A stretch of DNA of 64,000 bases from Mantamonas sphyraenae STR306 (Eukaryota > Protista > CRuMs), in contig JAPMXV010000023.1 of the NCBI GenBank assembly GCA_026936335.1, positions 148,737-212,736 of the forward strand, written 5' to 3'. The notes below the pieces were generated by a model. That model was not told the origin of the DNA. It was given only the letters and a program-made list of their open reading frames with translations, and ran no database searches. Both the position numbers and the translations under genes were made by a program. The number at the start of each line of letters is the position of its first letter. Positions within the stretch are counted from its first letter, which is position 1. Positions 44,143 through 55,500 of this stretch are shown here, piece by piece.

Positions 44143-46530
44143 TCATTCTGTTTGTTGTTGGCGCTGTGCTTGGGCGCCGCGTTGGTTGACCTGTTGTGCG
44201 ATTTCAAACAGGCGGCGCTCGGTTTTGCGTCGGGCACGTTGGGTCTTGTTGGAAGCTTTGTCGGTCTTGTTGGCTTTCTTGGACTTTGAGGTTCCGCGCA
44301 AGTCGTCGTTTTCGGCAATGAGCTGCTCGAGGACGCGGACGGCGACGACAAGGCCGCGCGACTGTAGGTCGTGCAGGACAGACTGACGCAGGGAAGCGAG
44401 CTTGCGATTGCGTTGGGCAGATGTGTCCCATGGCTGAGGCTCCATGTCGGCCAGGTGAGCGAAAATGAGTTCGAGGACTTCCATGGGCAGATTGAAGCCG
44501 ATGGTTGTGTCTGCGGTGTGCTCAAAGTCATGGTCGTCTGCGGAGGAGTCGGAGGAGTTGTTGTCATCGTCGTCGTTGTCGATATCGTCCGAGTCGTTGT
44601 CGGAGTCGTCGCTGCCGTCGTCCGCGTCGCTTTCGTCGTCGGAGTGATCTCTGGTTGGGGTGAGTGTGTTGGAAGAAGTGGCAGAGTGCAGTTGTTGTGG
44701 TGTGGGGTTTGAGGAGGAGGAGGATGAGGAGGAGGTTGAGGAGGAGGTGGTAGTCGTGGAGGATGTGCTGAGGTGGGGCAGGTTTTCGTGGACGCGGCGT
44801 CCAAGCTGTTCGTCGTCGAGGTCGTCGTCGAAGTCGTCGTCGGTGTCGGGCACGTAGCGAAAGTCAAAGTGATTGATGCAGAGCATGGTGAACACCTGAG
44901 CACGAAATTCCGAGGCAAAGTAGCGATGGTTTCGGGGCGACCAGGTGGGCGGGATGGCACCATGCTCGTAAAGCATGGAGCGTATGTCTGTGTCCGATGT
45001 GGCCATGATGGGGGTGATGTGGTTGAGGTCGGGCTGGTTGGGATCTGCGCCGGAAAAGACGAGGAAGGTTGCGGCGTTGCTGTTGTTTTGTGCACAGGCA
45101 GCTGTGAGGGGAGTATCGCCAGCGGGAGAGGGTGCGTTGACGTCCAATGCACGGTGGAGGTCGTTGAGGAGGATGACCTGGAGCAGCTTGCTGTGGGTGC
45201 TGCCGTTGACAAAGAGAGCGTCGGCTGGGTTTGCGCCGCGTTCGACGAGCATGCGGTAGAGGGCGAGACCATCGTCGGTCATGGAAATGGACTCTGCGCG
45301 GGCCTTGGATTTGTGTTTGTGTTTGGACTTTGCGCCGGGCAGCGGTATGGATTGGGAGATGTAGCGGAGGACGCTTTTGCCATGCTGGTCGAGGGCGTCC
45401 ATGTCAGCGCCGTGGTCGAGAAGCATTTGGACGAGTTCGACGTTGCCGCTAGAGACGGCACGCATGAGAGAGGTGCGGCCGCGTGCGTCAAAGGCATGGA
45501 CATTGGCGCCAGCGTCGAGGAGGATCTGGGCTGTTCGGGTCTTGCCAGCGGCGGCGGCGTGGCAGAGGGCTGTGCCTTTGGACTCTCCGTGCTGGTACTC
45601 GATGTCGCAACCATGGTCAAGAAGAACCTTGAGGGCGTCGGGAGAGTCTTCTGCAGCCGCAGTTTGGAGCGGAGAGGCGACCTTGCGGGTTGCGGTGAGA
45701 CGGACGCCCGGCTGCTGGAGAAGGAAGCGGACAAACTGGATACGGTCATGCTTGGATGCCTTGAGGAGAGGGGAGTCGCCTATGTCGCCAGAGTTGATGT
45801 GGACGCCGGCCTGGGCGAGGATCTGAAAGGCCTCAAAGTTGTTTGACTTTTCAGCAAGGAGGAGTGGGGTGCGTTTGTCTTTGTCGCGTAGTTCAAGGTT
45901 GAGCTGGTGGCTGTGGTTGTGGAGGAGCCATTGAAGAGCGTCGTGAGCGCGTTCGAGGATGCAGACGTGGAGAAGGCCTTCCCGTTTGTGGTTTTCCGCG
46001 GCGAGGTCTGCGCCGGTGTCGATGAGGAACTGCATGGATTCGATGTCGTTGTTGGCGGCAGCACGGGCGAGAGGGGTGGGCCCCTTTTTCTGTTTGGTCT
46101 CGAGGTCGAGGGGCGGGCAGTTTGCAAGGAGGAGGCGGAGGGCGTGATAGTTTCTGGAGGCAATGGCTGTGTGCAAAAGTCCGGAGACGCGATAGAGGGT
46201 CTTTTTGGACATGTTGGCGAGGTTTGTGTCTGAGAGAAGGTAGGCAAAGGCCGTATCGACGACTTGGTGGGATGAGTCTGTCGGAGAGCTCTGGATGGCT
46301 TGGGAGGCGACCTCGACGTCGACGCTGCCCTCGCCAAAGTGTTGAATGAGAGCGAGGAGGACATGGTGGTGCTGGAGGATGGCGGCCTTGCACATCCACG
46401 CACGTACGACTGTTGAGGTGGGCTGTTCAGCACCATTGGCGCGCTGGCGGGTGAGGACTTTGGAGAGAGCGTCGACGTCGCCGGCAGCTATGTGCTGATG
46501 GATGGCTTCTGTCGCCTGTGTGTTTCCCAT
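44143..46530 (-). CDS. Ankyrin-repeat protein (MGN start) with a C-terminal F-box/SOCS-like motif
   Basis: More than 10 ankyrin motifs (GPTPLARAA, RTPLLLA, GTALCHAAAAG, GDTPLTAAC). C-terminal WSPRNHRYF...FRAQVFTML and LPMEVLELIFAHL. Confidence 0.85.
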   Translation of the reverse strand: MGNTQATEAIHQHIAAGDVDALSKVLTRQRANGAEQPTSTVVRAWMCKAAILQHHHVLLALIQHFGEGSVDVEVASQAIQSSPTDSSHQVVDTAFAYLLSDTNLANMSKKTLYRVSGLLHTAIASRNYHALRLLLANCPPLDLETKQKKGPTPLARAAANNDIESMQFLIDTGADLAAENHKREGLLHVCILERAHDALQWLLHNHSHQLNLELRDKDKRTPLLLAEKSNNFEAFQILAQAGVHINSGDIGDSPLLKASKHDRIQFVRFLLQQPGVRLTATRKVASPLQTAAAEDSPDALKVLLDHGCDIEYQHGESKGTALCHAAAAGKTRTAQILLDAGANVHAFDARGRTSLMRAVSSGNVELVQMLLDHGADMDALDQHGKSVLRYISQSIPLPGAKSKHKHKSKARAESISMTDDGLALYRMLVERGANPADALFVNGSTHSKLLQVILLNDLHRALDVNAPSPAGDTPLTAACAQNNSNAATFLVFSGADPNQPDLNHITPIMATSDTDIRSMLYEHGAIPPTWSPRNHRYFASEFRAQVFTMLCINHFDFRYVPDTDDDFDDDLDDEQLGRRVHENLPHLSTSSTTTTSSSTSSSSSSSSNPTPQQLHSATSSNTLTPTRDHSDDESDADDGSDDSDNDSDDIDNDDDDNNSSDSSADDHDFEHTADTTIGFNLPMEVLELIFAHLADMEPQPWDTSAQRNRKLASLRQSVLHDLQSRGLVVAVRVLEQLIAENDDLRGTSKSKKANKTDKASNKTQRARRKTERRLFEIAQQVNQRGAQAQRQQQTE

Positions 46531-46611
46531 GTGAGGGACGGTGGAATGGATGAAGGGATGAAGGGATGAAGGGGAAAGGGGAAAGTTTTTGTTGTCGGCG
46601 TTTGCGCGCGG

Positions 46612-49600
46612 TTAGACGCCGTAGAGGAGGCCCATGCCCTGTGCACAACGTGCGCGTACGGCGGGGTTCTTGTGCCTGAGAAGAGACTTGAACTCGGTGG
46701 TGGCCTGAGAGACGTTGACACCGGAAAGCTGGTCGCCGAGGTTGAGGAGGATGTAGCCGGCAAGAACGGCTGCGTGGCCCTTGATGGTGTCCCAGGAGCT
46801 GCCAAAGAAGCCGACGGCGTCCATGAGGTAGTAGTCGATGCGGTTGGGAAAGTACTCGATGAGGAGCTTGCTGACGTCGTTGAGGAACTGGTCGTGGTCG
46901 AGGTAGCGGCCTTCGTCGAGCTGTGGCCCGTTGACAAGCTCCTCGAGGTCGTCTGCGTGGAGGACAGGGACGAGGTTGCGGAGGGCGACCTTGCAGGCGT
47001 TCTGGACGACAGGAGCGTCGTCGTTGACGTGGAGGAGAAAGACGACAAAGTTTTCGTGGATCTGGTTGATAAAGGTCTGTGCGCCTTCCTCTTCGCCGAA
47101 ACGAGCGAGGGCGCCAAAGAGCTGGAAGGCAGCAGCGCGGATGTCCTCGTTCTCACGCTTAAAGGCAGCTCGGATGCCGATGCTGATGTTGATGAGGATC
47201 TGGAGGACGGAGGACGGGTTGATGACCTCGAGGATCTTGCGAAGGGCGTCCATGGCCTCGAGGACGATCATTTCGTCGCTGTCGTCGATGCCGCTGACGA
47301 GGGCGTTTACGACGGTGCCGCTGTAGCGGTTGACTTCCTCCTCGCCGGCGCTGACGAGGTTGCCGAGGCCCTTGAGAGCCTGCCTGCGGACGCGGTTCTC
47401 GGTGTCTGCGCAGCGGCCAAGGAGACAGCTGATGAGGGTGTTGAGGAGGCTGGGGAACTTGTCGGACTGGTTGACGAGCTCGGCAAAGACAGCACAGACG
47501 ACGAGGCGCTGGCCTTCGTAGCTCTTTGTGAGGTATGGGTAGAGGATCTTGCAGAAGCTCTGGACGTCGTCGAGGTGGTGTTCGCAGAGGGCGGCGGTGA
47601 TCTCTGTGATGCTGTCCTCCATCTCGTTTGTGGTGAGGCGGTCCTGGAGCTCGGGGTTGTCAAAGATTTCCATGACGCTGAGGTCGTCAGCGCCCTTGAG
47701 GAACGACTGGAAGGCTTCGACGGTGTAGCGTGTGGCCGTGCCGTCGCCGACCTCGTTGGTGTTGCCAAAGCGTAGGAGGATGGAGGAGACAAAGAGGGCA
47801 TAGTTGTCCGTGAGGACATCTTCGAGCTCGTCGTCCTCGTCGATCATCTCGCCGAGGGCGCAGGTTGCGCTCATGGGCGGGACGGTGGGAGTGCGCTCGA
47901 CAGCGCCACGTCTGCCCTCGCGCTCTGTGTAGGGCTGGGCGTTGTTCATGACGTCGGTAAAGTGCTTGAGCATCTGGAGGGAGAGGTCTTCGTCCTGGGC
48001 AAAGGCCTGGAAGCATTTTTGGACATGTGTGGAGTGGGGCAGGGGCTTGCTGAGGAGCTCGTCGAGGATGCTGATGAGATGGTGTGAGGCGAGGGTCTTG
48101 ATGGCGAGGAGGGAGCCGTTGACAGCCTGCTGGTTGTTGACGAGCGGGAGGGCCTCGACGAGGACGGAGGTGATGGAGGCGGCAGCGACACCGAGCTCGG
48201 ATGCCTTGTGCTCCATGATGCCGTGGAGGACGATGGCTGTGCCGGAGGAGGAGGTGTCAAACTGGTCGCTGAGGCCTTGGGCGAGTTTGACAAGGAAAGG
48301 GGTTGTGTTGAGGACGGAAAGCATGGAGGCGAGAAGCTTTGCGAGCTCCTTCATGACGACGACCTGGCGGCCCATTTCCGGGACGCGGATGGCCTGGCGC
48401 ATGGGTTCCATGTGGGTGAGCTCGTCGGGAGGCTTGAGGGCAAAGCCTGCGCCGGGATCGTTCTCGAGCATAAACTGGGTAAAGAGAAGGATGGCGATGG
48501 TCTCTACGGCGAGCTGGCGCACGTCTGGATCAGGGTCCATGGAGCGGGGCACGAGGAGGGCGAGGTAGTAGGTGTAGTTGTCAAAGGGGGAGTCGTCGTT
48601 GTGGCTGGCAGCGGTGGAGCTGCTCTTGTACTCGATGAAGCGCTTGAGGAGGAGGAGCATGGTGGAGATGGCGCGCTTGCGGATGGAAGCGTCCTTGTTG
48701 CTGAACCACTGCTCGAGGCGGGTAAAGATGCGGTTGAGGCGGGGCACGGAGGGATCCATAAAGATGAGGGACGAGAGGACCTCGTTGAGGTTCTTGGTGA
48801 GGAGCTGGAGGAGGTCTGAGTCTTCTTCGTCGGCGTCATCGGGAAGGGTGATGGCATAGAAGGGCACAATGCGGTCGAGGAGGTTTGTCTCGTCGTCTTG
48901 GGGCAGGGGCGGTTGGAGGCGCACGAGGGTGCTTGCGGCCTGGAGACCGAGGGCAAGGACCTGGTTGGGGGCCTGGCCGGTCATGAGGCCGTTGACCTGG
49001 CCGAGGAGGGTGTCGCGCTGCTTGAGGTCGAACTGCACGCCGAGGTGGTCTGGGTGGAGGCTCTTTGCGACGAGGTCGATGGCCTTGATGACGTTTGTCT
49101 TTACGGAGGGGCGCTCGACGTCGGAGATGTGAGGGATGATGTTCATGACGATGTGGACCTCTGCGCGAGAGACGAGGAGGGAGGTGTCTGCGTAGGCGGT
49201 GGTGTAGCCGTAGGCAAGGAGGACGGTGGAGCGGATGCTCATGGCCTCTTCGGGGGTCTTGTCCTTGGAGAGGCCGAGGAAACCGGAGCTCTTGACGACC
49301 ATGTCGTCCTTGGTGGCCTTTGTGAGGCGTTCGAGGACGGTGTCGAGGTGTGCGTTGCCAGCGATGCCAAAGGCCTGCGCGAGGCCGAGGCGCTGTGTGT
49401 CGTTGTTGTGGTCGACGTCGTCAAAGATGAGGTCGAGGTGTTGCTTGACGAAGCTCTTGATGGTGGAGCGCTGCATGACCTGGCCGAGGAGTTTGTAGAG
49501 GGCCTTTTTGGAATGGTGATCGTTGGGGTAAAGAGCGACGTGCCTGCCGAGAGCTTCGCCTAGGTCGCGTGTCCATTCGTCGTCGTTGACGGTGTCGATT

Positions 49601-52332
49601 GTCTGGCAAAGAAAGCGGAGGACGGTGTCCTGCCAGTTGGAGAGGGAAAAGTCGTCGTCGTAGGCGTTTTCCTCGAGAAAGGCGGACATCTTGGGGATGA
49701 GCTCGTCCCAAAGGTCGACGACAGACGGGTGGAGGACTGCAGCGAGGGCGTGCATGGCGTCGAGAATGCGGAGGCCAAGGGAGCCGCGGCGTGTGGGCTG
49801 GCAGAGCATGACAAAGAGGCGTGCGAGGAGCTCGGGGGCCTTTGGAAGATTTGGATGCTGGTCAAAGTCGATGAGGTAGTCGGGCTCTTCGGCGTCGCGC
49901 TTGCGCTCTGCGAGAAAGGCGACGCACTTGCAAACGATGGCGAGGGCGTCTGTAAACTCCTTGGGGACGACGGTCTCGAGGAGATACGGGTAGAGGACGG
50001 CGTCCATGTCTGCAATGGTGGTTGTGATGAGGTTGAGGATGTGGTCGTTCATGTCACGAAGCTGGCCCGGGAGAACGACCTCGCCCGAGCCGGAGCCGCC
50101 GGAGGAGGAGGAGGAGGATTTGCCTTTGGCGTTGCTCTGGCGGCCCTTTGCGACGTCGGTGTCTGTGATGGCGCAGTTGGAGACGATGAATTCGACAAGG
50201 CTTTGGCCGCCGATGTGTTGGAGGTACTGGCGGTGGGCCATGGCGATGATGAGTTGGGAGAAGGCCTTTCGCACGGCGAGGTTTTCTTCGAACTTGAGGA
50301 CGTTTGCGCCGGAGACGATGTATTCCTTTCTGGTTTGGAGTTCGTCATCTGGGGGAGGGGGGGGGGAGGGGGGGGAAGGGGGGAGGAAGGGGGGGAGGGG
50401 GGGAGTGGTTAGGGAAGGGGGAAAGGGGTGGGGATTGGGGATTGGGGGGAATGTGCGCCCGCACAGTTACCCATGCCACATGGGGTAGAGGTGGCGATTG
50501 GTAGGCAAAGGCAGGCGTTGTGGGAGTTGATGTGGCATCGACACAATGGAAAAAAAGTGCCGTGTGCAAGGTGCCAAGAAGAGGGGTTGGAACCCTCCCT
50601 CCGAGGCGTGCCTGCGCACGGCGGGATCGGACAAGGCGGGGCAGAGTGGAAAGGTTGTGCTTCGGAATGGAAGCACAAGGTCTGCGTCGCTGTACGGTGG
50701 ATGCGTGGTGGTGGTGGTGGCGGCGGCGGCGGCGGCGGCAAAGGTGGCGGTGGAGGGCGGGTAACGTACCGAGGCGGTTGATGAGGTGCTTGAGGACAAG
50801 AATGGCGCCGATGCGCCAGTGGGGATCTTTGTGCTTGAACTGGTCGATGATGCCGCTGAGGATGTGCTCGCGCTCGGCACGTGCAAGGATCTCGAAGCAG
50901 CGGAGGAGCTCGTTTTGGTTCTTGATGAGGTTGGGGTTGCTGGCATCGATGGGAGTGCTGATGAGAGCGGAGAGGGAGGCGACAATGGTGTCGAGGTACT
51001 GGCTGATGCCGATGTTTTGGCAGGTGATAAAGAGAATCATGCTGAGGCCCTGGGTGAGCGGGAGGTGGTCTTGGATCTTCTCCTTGCGGAAGAGGTTGAG
51101 GATGGCCGGGAAGAGCTTGGGGAGGAGCTCCTCGATCTTGGACTTGTCGGCAATGGCAGACATGTGGCCAAGCGCCTGAACGGTGGCAAGGCGGACTTTT
51201 TGCTCGCGCGCTGTGAGCCACTGGGTGTAGAGCATCTCAAAGGCGGTTGTGATCTCGCTCTCAAAGTCGGCCATGGTGATGGACTTGTCGGAGGCCTGCT
51301 CGGAATTGTGGACGTAGGTGAGGATGGCCTCGCAAAAGTGGCCGAGGGCCGAGGCAAAGACCCAGCGGTGGTTGTCGTGCTTGATGATGGTGAGGACCGG
51401 GATGACCTTGAGGAGGACGTCCTTCATGTAGGGAACAAAGAGCATGGGGTGGGCGTGGGCCATGTCACTGAGGGTCTTTGCGACAAAGTAGTGAGGGACG
51501 GCGCCGGCCTCAAACTTGGAGAGGGTGTGGGCCATGGCAACGTCGGGGTAGACAGCGGCAAGGGAGACAATGAGGGCAGAGGCAGTGTTTTGCCAGGCGA
51601 CCTTGATGTCGCGCTGGGCAATCATGTCCTCGGCAGCAAACTTGATGATTTCGCCGGCGAGCTGCTCGCTGACGTCGTCCTTGCGCATCTCGGTGACCTT
51701 GAGCATGACGTCGAGGAGAGAGACGCGGTGGTCGAGGTTGATCTTTTTGGTGGAGACAATGAAGGAGAGGCAGGCGCTGAGGACGAGCTCGGGCTGGTTT
51801 GCGCCAATGTCCTTGAGAGACTCTTCGAGGGAAGAGACGACCTGTCGGTTGCTATCGGAAGCGGCGGCGACCATGACCTGGACGACGTCTGGAGTGGAGA
51901 GGAGGAGGGAGAAGGGGGAGGGAGGGAGGGGGAGGGGGAAGGGGAGATAGGTGGGCAGCGGGGCAGGCGCAGGGAGTGGTGCGGCGGAGGTGAGTGTGAG
52001 CGAAAGGCGTGGATTTGGCATGCCAGGACGTGGGCAAGGGAGGAGAGGTGCAGGCAGATGAGTTGCCAAGGGAGGGGCGAGAGATAGGATAGGTGGCGGC
52101 GGGCGGGCGGAATAGGGTGGGCGGGTCGCGGTGGACGGGTGTGGGAAGGGTCCGTGAAACGGAGGCGGCGAGGGCGAGAGGGAAAGGGAAATGGGCAAAC
52201 GGGAAGGCGGAGGCTTTGCTGGCGGGTGTGGAGGGTCGGAGGGATCGTACCGTCGATGTAGCCGCCTGTGGTACGCACGGCCGAGGTGTGCACAATGCTG
52301 TCCTTGGAGTTCTTCTTGCCGAAAAAGGACAT
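46612..52332 (-). CDS. MROH1: Maestro HEAT-like repeat protein MROH1 (SGR6-like); exons 52332-52251, 51888-50770, 50348-46612
   Basis: About 1640-aa HEAT solenoid with motifs PHYFVAKTL, WVFASALGHFCEAI, NQNELLRCF, LYPYLLE, LPKAPELLARL, RSTVLLAYG, LVPRSMDP, LLHVNDD. Frame-consistent phase-1 introns. Confidence 0.88.
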
Positions 52333-52518
52333 GTTGCAGAGGAAAGGTTGCAGGACGGGTCGCGGCGAGGGAGCCAAGGCAGGAAGGCGTGCGCGACAAG
52401 GAGCACAACGTGAGCGAGCGAGAGAGAGAGAGAGAGCGCGCAAGAGCAAGCAGAGACGAGACACGAAGCAGTCGTTGAGAGAGAGACAGAAAAACAGAGA
52501 GCAAAGAGCAAAAAGAAA

Positions 52519-55500
52519 ATGGAGGCGTGTTTCTTGATGCCGCAAAGCGTGGCGGCTGATGCGCGCGAGCTGAAGCTGAGCAGCCAGAATGGGCGGCTTC
52601 TGGTGGCGTACGCAAACGGAAACGAAGTGGTGGTGTTTGACGACGAGCTGGGCGTGAAGCAGGTGCTTGCGTTCCACGACACGGTGACGGGGATTTCGTG
52701 GTGCGGCACACAGCTTGCGGTGAGCTCGCTGAACGAAGTGGTTATATTCGGGATGGAAGACAAAGATCAAAAGGTGGGTTGTGGCGAGATGAGCGCAGGA
52801 AGGAGGAGGAGGGTGGTCGAAGGGATGGGGAATGGACGGGAAGAAGGGCTGACGCAGTGGGAGGGAGACGCAGATGCAATGGGCGGAGCGGGCGACGCTG
52901 AAGCACGAGCATCCGGTGTACGATGTGTCGTGGCACCCGTCGGGGGAGTACATTGTGAGCGCCGGAGAGAAGTTGCAGCTGTGGTTCCGGAGAGAGTCGA
53001 ACGGCCTGCTGACGGAGGAGCAGGCGTGGATCACGACGTGGTCGCTGCAGGACGCGGATGTGGTGGTGCAGGCTGAGTTTTCGCCTGATGGGCGGCTGAT
53101 TGCGACACGTGCGCAGCATAGCGTGTTTATCAAGGTGTGGTTCAGGCATAGCAACGGGCACGGGGACTTGTCGTTTTTGTACCTGCGGCATCCGTGCAGC
53201 GTGACAAGCCTTGCGTGGCGGCCTGCGCTGAACGAGGGGGCCAATGTGCTGATGAGCACGGCGCGGGACGGCCTGGTGCGTTTCTGGGCAGAGACGCTGA
53301 TGGGGGAGCCGTTTGCGTTTGCGCTGGCGACGTTTGTGGATCCGGAAACGTCTGAAGAGATGCGGTTCGGGTGGGTGAGCCACCACGGCCAGATGGAGGT
53401 GGCACAAAGCGGAAACGAATTGTTTGGGTGGCATGGTCACAGGACAGAGTATGACCGTTTCGGTCGGCAGCTGCACAGGGGGCAGGCGACGGGAGGAAGC
53501 AAGAACACGGTGGAAGAGGACTATGTGGTGGGGATGGACGCGGCTGGGAACTGCAGCATGTGGGGTGTGCAGTCGCTGACGCAAGAGGCGCGGCGCACGC
53601 CGAGGACGGTGTTGCAGTGCAAGTGGGAAGCGAAGGAGCACGGAGGCACGGGCACGGGCGTGACAAGCGTTCTGGGGATGAGCGTGACGGGACAAGAGGA
53701 AGGAGGCGTGAGCGGGGCGATGGGCGTGCATGCACTGAGCGTGCACACGGACGGAAGCGTGGTGCAAGAGTGGCTAGGCAATTCGGGCCACGTACGGGAG
53801 AAGGAACACAGTTTCTACGGGCACAACAGCCGGGTGGTGCAGCTGTGCGCACACGAACAGGCGGGACTTGTTGTGTCGCGAGACGAGGGCGGTCAGATGC
53901 ACGTGTGGCAGGAGCGGATGAGCGGGGGCATGGTTGTGGAGGGCGGACGGGTGCTGGTACACGTGGAAGCGCTTGCGGAGAACGTAGGAATGGTTGCGTG
54001 GGCGCCCGGGACGCGGTATTTGTTTGGGACACGAGGGCGAGAAGTGGTAGTGTTTAGCATGGAGGTGACGCCGATGATTGTGGTGGGGACGCTGCAATTG
54101 GGGGAGGAGGTGGGCGGGGGCTCGCTGGTGGCAGTGCAGGTTTTCCGACGGGCGGCGCTTGTGCTGGAGCCTGGGGGACACGAGGATGCAGAGGAGCGTG
54201 AGCGGTGGGTGGTGATGGGCTGTACAGGGAGCGAGGTTGTGGTGTGGGAGGCAGACGTGGTGATCGAAAGCCAGCAGCTGGAAGGGGTGATGGTGAGCCA
54301 CAGCGAGGTGGGATCCGAGGTGAAGTGCATGGGCAGCGTGTGCACGGAGGAGATCTGGTCGCAGTTGCAGCTTGCGGAGGAGGCGCAAGTGGAGGTTGCG
54401 GAGGAGGCGATTGCGGTGGCGGCGTACTGCGTGGGCACGGGTTGTGCAAACGGGGAGGTTGTGCTGTGGCAAGTGGACAAAGACCTGCAGGTGCGGCGTG
54501 TGGGCGTGCTCGAGTCGCGTGATGGGCAGGCTGTGGAGGAGGTTGCGTTTGCAGACAGCGGGCGGGTGGCGTGCGCGTCTGCAGGGGTGGTGCGTGTGTG
54601 GCAGAACGAAACACGGAGGCCCGAGTTTGCGGTGGAGGAGACGATGCGATTTGACACGGGAGAGGCGCCCAAGGTGCGATGGCTGCGTATGGAAGACGGG
54701 GCCACGGCGCTTGTGATTGGTGTGCACGGGTTGGTGATTGTGCTGGAGCAGTGGCGGACAGAGGGACTGTACGCGGGGCAGGTTGCGTGGCGAGAGGTTT
54801 GCCGCACGGCGCAGCCGCGGTTTGTTCGTGTGGACGCTCTGGAAGTGACGCGGGAAGCAAACATTGTGGTTGCGTGCGAGGCGTCGATGGAGGTGTACAC
54901 GCGGCTGTCGCTGGACGTGGAAGACGCGCGTGTGCAAGAGTCTGAGGGACATCGTGTGGGCACGGGGTCTGGCGGACGGTCGCGCAATGTGCTGCACCAT
55001 CTGTACGAGGCACGGCGAGGGCTTGCGGATTACCACCCGCGGCTGCTGCAGGAGTACCTGACCAATGGAGAGTATGAAGTGATCCGGCGTGTGCTGGAGC
55101 ATGTGTATGCGTATGTGACTGAAGCGGTGGACATGCAGACGGTGGCGGAAGGGACCGAGGTGAACGACATTCCACGATTGAGTTTGGTTGGAGTCGGGCT
55201 GGGTGTGCAGGAGGCGAAGGAGGCAGGCGCAGATGTGGAGGCGGTAGAAGAAGGCAAGGGGGCTGTGTTGGCTAATGAGGAGAATGAGGCAGGTGAGGAA
55301 GAGGTGAGCGAGGAGGGAGGGGGCAAGTACGACGAGCTGTTTGCGGCGGAAGAGGAGGTTGTGGATCTGTTTGGAGAGTTGGACGCGGCGGCGGCGGCGG
55401 CGAAGCATGTGCGTACGATTGAAAAGGTGCAGGACGTGCTGAAGTACGTGCGGCTGGGAGGACTGAGTGAGGATGAGCAGAAGCAGCTGGGAGTGATTGC

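Noticed and set aside
50349-50450. Dense G-run tract as a functional G-quadruplex element
   Set aside because: It is the C-rich pyrimidine tract of a minus-strand intron and is explained by the regional skew. No independent evidence of function.
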